Source: a phage
Reading direction: 5' to 3' (one strand)
DNA length: 64,000 nucleotides
NCBI GenBank assembly: GCA_020241125.1
Contig: GCA_020241125.1_4708.1
Part shown: positions 37,257-46,491 of the stretch, in pieces
Layout: each line of letters begins with the position of its first letter
Numbering within the stretch: position 1 is the first letter of the stretch
Notes under the pieces: model-generated
What the model saw: only the letters and a program-made list of their open reading frames with translations
Databases searched by the model: none
Told to the model about the DNA's origin: nothing
Program-made: the position numbers and the translations under genes

Positions 37257-39815
37257 TTACTGCTCTTCACGTTCCAGCAGATACTCGGAAGCGGTAATAC
37301 CGTTTACCGTACGTACTGCTTTCAGACGAGTATCATCGCTCAGAATTACAGTAACAGATTGCAGACCTTTTACTTTGGTTTCGAAGGTCTTGAACACCTG
37401 ATCCAGCATACGAGCAATGCTTGGGTTGGTTGCAGCCGATGCGTGGGTGTAACCGCTTTGGTTCAGCTTCAGAATCTTGGCGTTGGTCGGTACGCGAACA
37501 ACAACATGCGGACGCATCGCGAACACGCTGTGATTGAACCAGTAAGCATCGTTGCTATCTTCGTCGGTAACGATGTCTGGATTAACACGCATATCCTCGA
37601 CAGCCGCATCCGCCAAACGACGTTCGATTTCATCGGCGTCCAGAGAGCCATCTTTCTCCAGTTCTGCACGATACTCACTCATGGCAACCAGATGACGTTC
37701 ACGATTCGCTGCGGATTTTTCGTGAGCGGCTTTCAGGTAGTCATGCATGTTGTACAGTTCTGCCATGGAAAGACGAATGTTCCACTGACCTTCGCCGTCA
37801 CGATTGCAGTAGAGACACTTCAGCATGTTGACCCAGGTATAGTAGCAATTGGAGAATTCATCTTCAATGAACTTCTGGTCCATTTTAAGATCGTGAATCA
37901 GCCAACCGGACAGTTCTCCGATATCATCAACGAAGCTAGAGATGGTGGTTTCAGAGAAGTTCTTCGGTACGATACGTTTGATCAGCTTATTGACGTCTTT
38001 GGTCATGCTATCGTTCAGGAAATGCCAAATACGCAGAGGAATAACATCTCGATACTGTTGCATGATCTGACGATAAGCTTTGATATCGTCGCTACGACCT
38101 TTATCAATAGACAACGCATCCAGGAATTCATGGATTGCATCCAGCTCTTTGTCGGTATAGGTTCCCAGATAGGAATTGACGGTGGCAAGGAATGCTAATG
38201 CGTCGTTTTGGTTAACGTCGGTGTTGGTCTGCTGAATGATTGCCACTGAAGCTTTGGTTTCAGCATCCTCAACGCTTGACGCTGCGATTGCGTCGGTGAC
38301 GGTAAACAGTTTCATTTCGCGCTGCTCACCGACAACGATTGGCTCACGTTGAACCGGTTTGTTAAGACTAACACGAACAACTTCTGCTTGCGCGATGCGA
38401 TCCAGTTTTGCCATTTCCTGCTCTGCCATACGACGAGCGGTTGGATCTGATTCAAGTTCGATGTATTCCACTTCTTCCTCCGTGAGGGATGTAATGTCAA
38501 CAATGGTTTCATGAAGAATTCCGTTTTCGTCGATACGTGCTCGACGAGCGAAGTGCCTGAAGTCATACAACGTCGGCCAACGACTATTAGGTGCAAAGTC
38601 TTTGGCTTTCAGACGCATCTGCATAAATTCTTCATGTTGAACAACACGACCGTAACGCTTAGCATCTTCGGTCGCATCAATTGGATTAACGGTCTTTGTT
38701 ACCGTAGCAGAACGAGCCGTACGAACGGGTTCCGGTTTCACCTGCGCAGGTTCAGGTTGAACGGGTTTCTGCTGCCCAGCCTTAACATGCCATTCTGGCT
38801 CTTCGTACTGCTCAGCAAATTGCTCAGCCGCTGCAAAGATATCGTTGATACCACCAATATCTCCTTCAGGATTTGTCGAGTAAATCCGTGGTTGTGGTGC
38901 CTCGTAACGCGGTGCTGTAGTAGCAGGTACCTCATCAACGATAGGATCGTCATCACCAACATCATACAAACGGTTGAACACACAATCCTTCGAATCAATG
39001 TACGATGGCGCTTGTGGTTGGACAACCGTCGGCCGAGGTTGTGCACCGTATCCTGGTGTTGTTGGAGCCATGCCGCGCATAACTGCCGGACTAGGTTGGT
39101 ATTGCGGTTGCGGATAGGTTCCACCATACATGGCGTACGCAGGCTGTTGTGGTTGACCATACCCGCTGCTAACCATCGCGCTTGCTTGCGGCCCACGATA
39201 AGTCATCCCCATCTGCATCACCTGCTGCTTCAAACCACGTGACTTCTGAGCGATTTGCGCTAGGCTTCCGCTTTTATTCAGCTGCGTGTACTTATTCGCG
39301 GCTTCCGGGTTAATGCGTGATAATTCAATCGCGCGATAATATTCCGGGTACTGATTCGGTTCAAAGAGCCACGTTACAAGATGATACAGCGCAACTGTAC
39401 TCACGGCAGCAGAGACGATCTGGTCATCGGACGCGTTCTGCGGCATCGGGTTGATGTAAGAGAACACGTTCCAACAACAGTCTTCAACAAGAGATTCCAT
39501 CATCATATCGTTATTGGTATAACGTGCGACGAACTCGGTTTGTATTTTGTCTTGCTGAGCGAAGTCTTTCAGGACATTAAAGATGGCTTGACGGATTTTG
39601 ACGATCGTCGCTTCTTGGGTGATGAAGTTATAGTTCTGCTGATATGAGGGTTGTTGGTATTGTGGTGGTTGATAGGCGTTATTCGGGTATGCGCCGTACG
39701 GCGATTGCTGATACTGTTGCTGACGAACCTGTTCAGCCGCATAATTAACCGTGCTCGTATAAGGGTTTTCGCTATAACCCATTTGTTGATACATGTTGTT
39801 ACTGCCATTATACAT
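37257..39815 (-). CDS. abundant (codon-optimised) 852-aa protein with Q/Y/P/N-rich low-complexity N-terminal region
   Basis: Strong codon bias; N-terminus YQQSPYGAYPNNAYQPPQYQQPSYQQNYN and a second block YGQPQQPAYAMYGGTYPQPQYQPSP. Confidence 0.8.
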   Translation of the reverse strand: MYNGSNNMYQQMGYSENPYTSTVNYAAEQVRQQQYQQSPYGAYPNNAYQPPQYQQPSYQQNYNFITQEATIVKIRQAIFNVLKDFAQQDKIQTEFVARYTNNDMMMESLVEDCCWNVFSYINPMPQNASDDQIVSAAVSTVALYHLVTWLFEPNQYPEYYRAIELSRINPEAANKYTQLNKSGSLAQIAQKSRGLKQQVMQMGMTYRGPQASAMVSSGYGQPQQPAYAMYGGTYPQPQYQPSPAVMRGMAPTTPGYGAQPRPTVVQPQAPSYIDSKDCVFNRLYDVGDDDPIVDEVPATTAPRYEAPQPRIYSTNPEGDIGGINDIFAAAEQFAEQYEEPEWHVKAGQQKPVQPEPAQVKPEPVRTARSATVTKTVNPIDATEDAKRYGRVVQHEEFMQMRLKAKDFAPNSRWPTLYDFRHFARRARIDENGILHETIVDITSLTEEEVEYIELESDPTARRMAEQEMAKLDRIAQAEVVRVSLNKPVQREPIVVGEQREMKLFTVTDAIAASSVEDAETKASVAIIQQTNTDVNQNDALAFLATVNSYLGTYTDKELDAIHEFLDALSIDKGRSDDIKAYRQIMQQYRDVIPLRIWHFLNDSMTKDVNKLIKRIVPKNFSETTISSFVDDIGELSGWLIHDLKMDQKFIEDEFSNCYYTWVNMLKCLYCNRDGEGQWNIRLSMAELYNMHDYLKAAHEKSAANRERHLVAMSEYRAELEKDGSLDADEIERRLADAAVEDMRVNPDIVTDEDSNDAYWFNHSVFAMRPHVVVRVPTNAKILKLNQSGYTHASAATNPSIARMLDQVFKTFETKVKGLQSVTVILSDDTRLKAVRTVNGITASEYLLEREEQ

Positions 39816-39849
39816 TTCTTACGATCCTTTTTATTTATTCGGTTATGTG

Positions 39850-41646
39850 TCAATCGATTATGTCGTGATCGTTAATTTCTACAATTTCTTCATCGAATCG
39901 ACCGACGTCTTTCTTCAAGCCTGCATTGGTTGCTGCAACGTCATTTGCAATTTGTGGGGTAATGATTAACCGACCGCGCTCATCGATAGGTGCGTACATA
40001 CTGAACTTCTGACGTCCGGTTGGTTCGGAGTGTGGAAGATTCAGATAGCTTGCACAGAACGGGATGGAACCACTAACCAAACGACTCTCGTCAGCCAATG
40101 CAGCACCGCCTGCGTTTTGGCTCTGGAGAACAACATGCGTGCTCACTTTGAACAGCATGCAATCACCTGGTGACTGAATCGATGTTGCCACTTTCTCACG
40201 TTTATCACGATTGCTCTGGATATTGAGAATCGCTTCCGTTGCAACTTGATTTCGCAACGCCTTCTGTACATCGCGATTGGTCATCTCTTTACGGTTGTTC
40301 TGTCGTTTACCACGTTCTGTGGTTTTAAGATGGAACCCCAGTTTAAAGATGCTCTTACGCACATCCTCCATGACATATTCCAACACCATCAATTCCTTAC
40401 CGAACATCGTCGTGGTATCAACACGACTCATTTCGATAGTGACATTGTCAATCAGATACGCCATAAATTCGTAGAAGTCGTCGCAAGGAATATTTTCCTG
40501 TTTGAACTTCTTCTGCTGAATCTCGTCAACGTAAAGATCGAGACTGTCGATGTGGTGATTTACATCACGTAACAAACGCGCATCCGCGTTGTTGTTATTA
40601 AAGATAATCAAACCGAGTAATGTACGCCAATGGTCTGGCGCATTCGCGAACTCCTCAACCGGATAGTCTTCCGGAAAACGATCGTAATAACGGTCGATGA
40701 GATACAAGAATGCACCGACAAGGCCAAGAACAATACGTTCCGTGCCTCCGCGTCTTACAGCAATTTGAATATCAGGATGTTTGTAACGTACAGCGCTAGC
40801 GCTACGGCTTTTACCGCTTTTGCTGATACTAAAGCCTTTAGGAATAACCCCCATGGTGCGATAGATTACCCATTGGTCACGCGGAAAATCGCGTTCAGCA
40901 AGGTTCCGTCCGGTTACGGCTTCGACACCTGCAAAACGTCGGAAACACTCACCCACCCCATACTTCGCAAAGAGATAGTGACCCAGTGTGGTTACGCTGG
41001 TGTGGTTGATGTTGTCACCGTTCACTTTACTTTGTTTAGTAAGATGGTAGATTTGCGACCAGGGTAACGACAGGTAATGACGATAATCGATACCGGTCGG
41101 TGTATCATTGCTCAGGAACTGATACGGTGTACGTTTAACCGTGATTTTGTCACGCGGAAGCATGATGAACGCCATGTCTTTCGTGTAACTGATTACCGGG
41201 TCAGCGAGCACTGCACTGAGAATGAAGTTCGCACCACGTAGACGCATTTTACCACCCTGACCTACCGCGGGTAATAGGAGAGGATGTCGGATAATGCAGT
41301 AGTCCTTTCCGGGTTCACGACGGTCACCTGATTCCATCGCGCCGTACCAGCGGAATTCTAGCATCACCATAAACACATCGGATGGCGCAAGGTCGAAGGT
41401 CAGCTTACCGCTATCCTTCCCTTTGGTTTTCTTTCCTCCGCTTAAGTAGTGGAACTGTTCGCGGGCCATACAGCGACGCAGGCCATGATACACCAGATCC
41501 TTAGGTAAACTATCTTTGCTGTTCCGCCAAAGACGATCAACATAGGACTCAACATCTTGCATCTTATCGACGACGATGTTGCGTGCTATCTTCTCGTTCA
41601 TCTTCGGTGCAAGCCCAGCGACAGCTTTGCAGAATCTAGGATCCAT
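39850..41646 (-). CDS. hypothetical virion-module protein (598 aa)
   Basis: ORF 39850-41649 begins with GTG; ATG 41646 with AAGGAG RBS. Confidence 0.75.
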   Translation of the reverse strand: MDPRFCKAVAGLAPKMNEKIARNIVVDKMQDVESYVDRLWRNSKDSLPKDLVYHGLRRCMAREQFHYLSGGKKTKGKDSGKLTFDLAPSDVFMVMLEFRWYGAMESGDRREPGKDYCIIRHPLLLPAVGQGGKMRLRGANFILSAVLADPVISYTKDMAFIMLPRDKITVKRTPYQFLSNDTPTGIDYRHYLSLPWSQIYHLTKQSKVNGDNINHTSVTTLGHYLFAKYGVGECFRRFAGVEAVTGRNLAERDFPRDQWVIYRTMGVIPKGFSISKSGKSRSASAVRYKHPDIQIAVRRGGTERIVLGLVGAFLYLIDRYYDRFPEDYPVEEFANAPDHWRTLLGLIIFNNNNADARLLRDVNHHIDSLDLYVDEIQQKKFKQENIPCDDFYEFMAYLIDNVTIEMSRVDTTTMFGKELMVLEYVMEDVRKSIFKLGFHLKTTERGKRQNNRKEMTNRDVQKALRNQVATEAILNIQSNRDKREKVATSIQSPGDCMLFKVSTHVVLQSQNAGGAALADESRLVSGSIPFCASYLNLPHSEPTGRQKFSMYAPIDERGRLIITPQIANDVAATNAGLKKDVGRFDEEIVEINDHDIID

Positions 41647-41685
41647 CACACACTCCTTTCAGAAAGTTGCTTAAGCAGATTAAAG

Positions 41686-43128
41686 TTACTTTTTCGATGA
41701 CACTTTCTCAAGAATCTTGAAAAAGGTCATACCTATACCGACAACGGCCGCGGTTATGCTCGCAGCGGCTTTCCAAACATCGACGTTACGTTGACGTCGC
41801 GCTTCTTCCGCTTCACGTTGTCTTTTTGCCTCTTCATCACGTCGACGTATCTCAGCAGCAAACTCGTCGTGCTTACGTTTGGATTCTTCGTCTCGACGAC
41901 GAAGTTCAGCGACGAATTCTTCATGTTTGCGTTTAGCCTCGTCGTCACGACGTTTTAAATCAGCTTGATAATCTTCGTGTATTTGTCTACGTAGATCATC
42001 TTGACGCTTCATTTCGGCTTGGTGTTGTTCCATCCTACGTTTTTGTTCGTCTTTAAGCTGATCGAGTTCGGCTTTATGTTGTTCATCACGCAGCTTTGCG
42101 TCGGCGCGATGCGCCTCATGCATCTGTGCGATAACTGCCTTGTGTTCATCCGCCATACGTCGCATTTCAGCCATCACCCCTTTAAGGGTTTCTTCTGATG
42201 CCTTACGTTCGTAGCTACGTTGGTCGAAATCATTTTTGTAGGCTTCTTTTTGGATGGGGTCGCGCCAATGCAATGCCGATTCACGTGTCGGAAAAACATT
42301 GTACTTCCACATCTCTTTTTCCAAATCTTCGACCGGTACGAAGATGGAGTCATTATTCCCGAAGGTAACCAACATACCTGGCGCGCCTGCTCCATTCGTT
42401 GGTTTTATTTCGAACGCTTTCCCCAACACGTTAACCCATAAGCTATACGGATTATGAAAGTCGGGCGGCGTCCAATGGATAGTGAGTTGCGTTCCGAGAA
42501 TCCGGAAACCCTCTGTTTTTCCCGTCAAGCTCCGCGCGCACGTTGCGATGTAGGGGTGATCAATCCCTTTCGTAACGTGGTCTGCGCTTTTGTATTCTCC
42601 TTTAACTTTTACGATTGCCACGTTGATTTGCGCGACATAAGCGGGTTGATTAAAGTTCAGCGTGTTGAGGTCAATTTGACATATCTCATCCAGCGTATCG
42701 TACCAGTCTTGCTGGTCTAATAGACGCGGCATTTTCTCAGCGTTAACAATACGACGGATATGCGGTTTCCTTATCGCGTAACCTGTACCGTTTTTAACAC
42801 GGAGTATATCCCGACGTCTACCCGCGTAGACGAAGTTTCTGAATGCACCATTCGCATTAGATACGTCATGGCTGTCAACTATTACAGGACTACGAAATTT
42901 TGAACGTCGTACGATCCTGAATGTATTGCCGTCCTCAACCCTACCAGGAATGTACTGGAACATATTGTCGGAGGTGATAACCAACACGGTATGGCCAGAT
43001 TCATTAATACATGCCCATCCTAATTCCAGGTCATATAACGGTTCAGCATAACCGTCAATGCGATAAGCGTGCGTACCATCCCACGGTTCGAACGCGGTAT
43101 CACATATTGGCATGGAGGGCATCGTCAA
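41686..43128 (-). CDS. protein with C-terminal charged coiled-coil repeats and terminal TM helix (480 aa)
   Basis: GGAGG RBS; C-terminus has RRRDEEAKRKHEEF-type repeats then AAASITAAVVGIGMTFF. Confidence 0.75.
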   Translation of the reverse strand: MTMPSMPICDTAFEPWDGTHAYRIDGYAEPLYDLELGWACINESGHTVLVITSDNMFQYIPGRVEDGNTFRIVRRSKFRSPVIVDSHDVSNANGAFRNFVYAGRRRDILRVKNGTGYAIRKPHIRRIVNAEKMPRLLDQQDWYDTLDEICQIDLNTLNFNQPAYVAQINVAIVKVKGEYKSADHVTKGIDHPYIATCARSLTGKTEGFRILGTQLTIHWTPPDFHNPYSLWVNVLGKAFEIKPTNGAGAPGMLVTFGNNDSIFVPVEDLEKEMWKYNVFPTRESALHWRDPIQKEAYKNDFDQRSYERKASEETLKGVMAEMRRMADEHKAVIAQMHEAHRADAKLRDEQHKAELDQLKDEQKRRMEQHQAEMKRQDDLRRQIHEDYQADLKRRDDEAKRKHEEFVAELRRRDEESKRKHDEFAAEIRRRDEEAKRQREAEEARRQRNVDVWKAAASITAAVVGIGMTFFKILEKVSSKK

Positions 43129-43271
43129 CCTCCATCAGATTGAAAACTATCACGCATAATACATTTCCCTTTTCTTGTTCTTATCGAGCCGACAGCCGAC
43201 GGTTTCAGCATCGTTCCTAGCGCGAGAACGACCTTACGTGTTGTCTATGCCTTATTCATCGCAGGCGTCTG

Positions 43272-43287
43272 TCACCTAGGTAATGTA
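43272..43287 (-). promoter_or_regulatory. conserved 16-mer TCACCTAGGTAATGTA (candidate promoter or operator)
   Basis: Exact repeat of 51447-51462; about 145 nt upstream of the start at 43128, just after a family hairpin. Confidence 0.4.
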
Positions 43288-43330
43288 AGCGTCAAATTTT
43301 TTCTATTCGCAACAATAAACGGCATAGAAA

Positions 43331-43360
43331 CCTCCCCCAACCCTTGCGGGCTGAGGGAGG
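43331..43360 (-). terminator. conserved hairpin, family copy 6 (variant loop), 3' of the capsid candidate
   Basis: CCTCCC-CCAA-CCC-TTGC-GGG-CTGA-GGGAGG. Confidence 0.6.
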
Positions 43361-43459
43361 CTGACTTATGTATCACGGTGCCGGATGAATGTCCGGTGCA
43401 ATGAAACCATCCGCAACGTTGTCGTCAAGAATATCATCCAACGAAGCAGCTACGGTAGT

Positions 43460-45682
43460 TCAGTTAGTCTGAACAGGCAGCTTGATGTTTTCAGTGTAGA
43501 CCTTACGCAGGTTCACAACGTTAATCAGACCCAGCAGCGGGCAGTTGTTAACGAAGCGGCAGCGCGGCTGAACCATGGTTTCTTTAGAAACCTGACCGTT
43601 ACGGGTAACCTGAGCAACAGATACCAGTTCCGGTACATACAGGAACATACCGAAGGTCAGCGGATCCGGAGAACCCTGGATACCACGAGACAGGGTCACG
43701 AAGATCTTATCGCGCAGCATGACGTTCGGGTTATCTACAACTACGAAGTTGAAGCTTACACCAACGGTACGGAAATCACCATCGGTCTGCAGGAACTGCG
43801 GGATGTAGTTGTCAGTTGCTACTACGCAACGCGGTTTCTCATCAGCGTTGGAAGACAGCAGCTGCAGAGCTGGCTGATAACCAGACTCGGAGTACATGCG
43901 GTATGCCATCTCACGAATCACGTTCATGATCGCAGCAGACACTTCAGCACGACGTTCTGCAGTGGTGGTACCCTGAACAGATTTCTCCAGGTCCAGATTG
44001 ATTTCTTCGAACCACGGACGGATCAGGTAACGACCGAAACCTTCGATCTGGATGTCACCGAACTGACGGAAGCGAGAGGTCGCAACCGCTTTCAGTGCGT
44101 CTTTGTAGCTGAACAGTTTCTCAACCATCAGGTTGTCGAAACGTGCGTTAGCAGCTTGGATCAGAACGTCCAGGTCAGCAGCGTTTTCTTCCCAATCCAG
44201 CGGACGAGGAATGGAGAACGGAGCCAGCAGGCCGATTGCGTAACGTTCTTGCTTCATGTTGAAGTCAAGGTGCTTACCGCGCTCACGACGGTTGCTGTTG
44301 TTACGGCGGATACGCAGTTCGTAACCAACCAGTTTGAAGCTCAGGTCTTCAGCCAGTTGTTTGAACTCTTCGCTCTTACGCGGTTGTTCGATGTTGTCCT
44401 GATCAACCAGGCGATACAGTTCAGCGTTAGCGCCGTTAACACGCAGACCGGCTTTCTCTACGTTGGAAGAACCGTAAACTTCGATCGCCAGCTGAGCAGC
44501 AGATTTCGCATCGATGATGTCCTGCAGCGCTTCAGCTTTCGCGCCTTTAACGTCTTTGGTGTTCTCATCAACGAAGATGGAGTGGGTGTCGAACGCCAGG
44601 GTCATTTTGCGGAAGTCGCCTTCCAGGGATTTCTGGAAACCGTTGGTGATCAGACCAGATACGTCGAACGGTACGTAAGAGGTTTTGCTGTGCTTGGTAG
44701 ATTTGATTTCCACCAGGATTTTGGTCAGCGTGATCTGGGCGTCCAGCGCGTCGGTGTTGTCGCTGTAACCGTTAGCCAGGATGCTATCGTCTTCAGCAAT
44801 ACCGATCATGTCGATCAGTTTATCAACAGCCAGGTAAGACGTTTTGTAAGTTACGCCTTTAATTTCGATGTCGCGCGGAGCAACGATAGCTTTGTCAACG
44901 AAGTACTGTGCGTTAGCATCGTCAGCACGATAGATCGGATGCAGATCGGTCACGTCGTTGGACAGAACGTCGTTGTACATGAACGCATCCAGCAGCGGAC
45001 GACGTACCCAATCAGCCGGAGTACCGTCAGCGTTACGACGCAGGTGGTTGAACACCAGCGGACGACGGAAAGATACGTCGTAACCGATCTGGTTCGGAGC
45101 CAGAACGATGGTGTTGTACAGTTCGTTACCCATGCGGCTCAGACGAGAAGCCTTCACGTTGAACACAACGGAGTACGGCATCATGTCACGCAGTTCTTTC
45201 TGGTCGTAGGACAGCTGAACCAGTTCTTCAGATTCGCAACCGCAGGAATCAGCAGCCATCATGACGAAGTTAGAGCTGTCAACTTCACGGCCAGACGGAG
45301 TGGTGCTGATGTTCATGGAACGTGCTTGTTTAGCATATTCTACCGGGTTACCATGAGCCAGCATGATCAGTGCTGCTGCACGAGCCTGCTGTGCGTTCAT
45401 GGTGAACAGCTGTTCTTCAATACGCTGCTTCTCTTCCGGAGTGGTGGTTTCGAAGCCCAGCATGGACAGAACCGGTTCTTCGGCTTTACGGATGTCGCTG
45501 CTGAAGCTCTTAACATCCATTTCGTTAACCAGTTTGTCCATGGATTTGAAATCAACCTTAGAAGCAGATTCCATAGACAGGAAGGTGTTCTCCAGACCTT
45601 TGTCTGCTGGTTTGCTACCATTAGCGGTCAGGAACTGGCGAGTGGCCGCGACCTGTTGGCTAAGAAGGGTTTTATCATTCAT
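43460..45682 (-). CDS. candidate major capsid protein (740 aa)
   Basis: Strongest codon optimisation in the window, so the plus-strand ORF 43385-45685 is an antisense shadow; AAAGGA RBS; size fits jumbo-phage capsid proteins (recollection, not verified). Confidence 0.6.
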   Translation of the reverse strand: MNDKTLLSQQVAATRQFLTANGSKPADKGLENTFLSMESASKVDFKSMDKLVNEMDVKSFSSDIRKAEEPVLSMLGFETTTPEEKQRIEEQLFTMNAQQARAAALIMLAHGNPVEYAKQARSMNISTTPSGREVDSSNFVMMAADSCGCESEELVQLSYDQKELRDMMPYSVVFNVKASRLSRMGNELYNTIVLAPNQIGYDVSFRRPLVFNHLRRNADGTPADWVRRPLLDAFMYNDVLSNDVTDLHPIYRADDANAQYFVDKAIVAPRDIEIKGVTYKTSYLAVDKLIDMIGIAEDDSILANGYSDNTDALDAQITLTKILVEIKSTKHSKTSYVPFDVSGLITNGFQKSLEGDFRKMTLAFDTHSIFVDENTKDVKGAKAEALQDIIDAKSAAQLAIEVYGSSNVEKAGLRVNGANAELYRLVDQDNIEQPRKSEEFKQLAEDLSFKLVGYELRIRRNNSNRRERGKHLDFNMKQERYAIGLLAPFSIPRPLDWEENAADLDVLIQAANARFDNLMVEKLFSYKDALKAVATSRFRQFGDIQIEGFGRYLIRPWFEEINLDLEKSVQGTTTAERRAEVSAAIMNVIREMAYRMYSESGYQPALQLLSSNADEKPRCVVATDNYIPQFLQTDGDFRTVGVSFNFVVVDNPNVMLRDKIFVTLSRGIQGSPDPLTFGMFLYVPELVSVAQVTRNGQVSKETMVQPRCRFVNNCPLLGLINVVNLRKVYTENIKLPVQTN

Positions 45683-45831
45683 TGAAAGTATCCTTTACAG
45701 AATTAACTTATATAAGTCGGTCGATAGACCATAGCGTACACGCGTGCATGCGCCACTATAGTATCAGTAAACACTTACCGTTATTGAGGTCGTGATACAA
45801 CACTAAAAATGCCGCATAACTTTTCCCTACG

Positions 45832-46452
45832 TCACAAACGACGCAGGCGATAATGGATGGAACGATTGGTGCAATATGAACGGAACAGCGGCAATTGCGC
45901 AACTTCCGCAAGACTCATATTAATTCGCAGGTGTTCAATAACGGCGCTGTAGTTATCAGCAATACGATCGCTCAATAACTCTTCTGCCAATAAAGGAAGA
46001 CAATCGACAACAATCGCGATCACATCCTCATTAACATAACGCACCCGAACACTCAACGGACGTTTGTCTGGGCTGTAAGTTGGATCCGCCAAACGACGTT
46101 CAATATCACGCGGATAGCTCGTCAGTAAATGGTAATAACCATTGTCATAACGATTGATGTACTCACACAGCACATCAACATTCTTCTCTGGCGGCAAACC
46201 TGTTTCGTCATAGTGATACGCAAACATACCACCAAGCAGGTTGTTAAGATGAACCGCAGGGTTCGCTTGTTCGTGTTCTTTCGTGATGAAGAAAGGCACG
46301 TTCTGGGCTGCGAAATAAAAACCTACATCATTGGGCGATAGTATGCCGAAAAGACTTTTAGGGTCTAATAACACCTGTAAGTCATCACGCGCATTTCGAA
46401 TAATCGCGTGTTCTACCCAATTCGGAACGACGAGATATCGGAGTTCCTTCAT
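45832..46452 (-). CDS. hypothetical protein (206 aa)
   Basis: ATG 46452 with AGAGG RBS; immediately upstream of the capsid candidate. Confidence 0.65.
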   Translation of the reverse strand: MKELRYLVVPNWVEHAIIRNARDDLQVLLDPKSLFGILSPNDVGFYFAAQNVPFFITKEHEQANPAVHLNNLLGGMFAYHYDETGLPPEKNVDVLCEYINRYDNGYYHLLTSYPRDIERRLADPTYSPDKRPLSVRVRYVNEDVIAIVVDCLPLLAEELLSDRIADNYSAVIEHLRINMSLAEVAQLPLFRSYCTNRSIHYRLRRL

Positions 46453-46491
46453 TATGATTACCTCTTTGCAAGTATCGAAAGGATTGAGTCG

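Noticed and set aside
37359-39242. Plus-strand ORFs 37359-38198 and 38511-39242
   Set aside because: Antisense shadows inside the codon-optimised 852-aa gene; no RBS and implausible composition.
43385-45685. 766-aa plus-strand ORF overlapping the capsid candidate
   Set aside because: It is the antisense shadow of a strongly codon-biased minus-strand gene; its translation is low-complexity (V/F/R/Q-rich) and it has no RBS.
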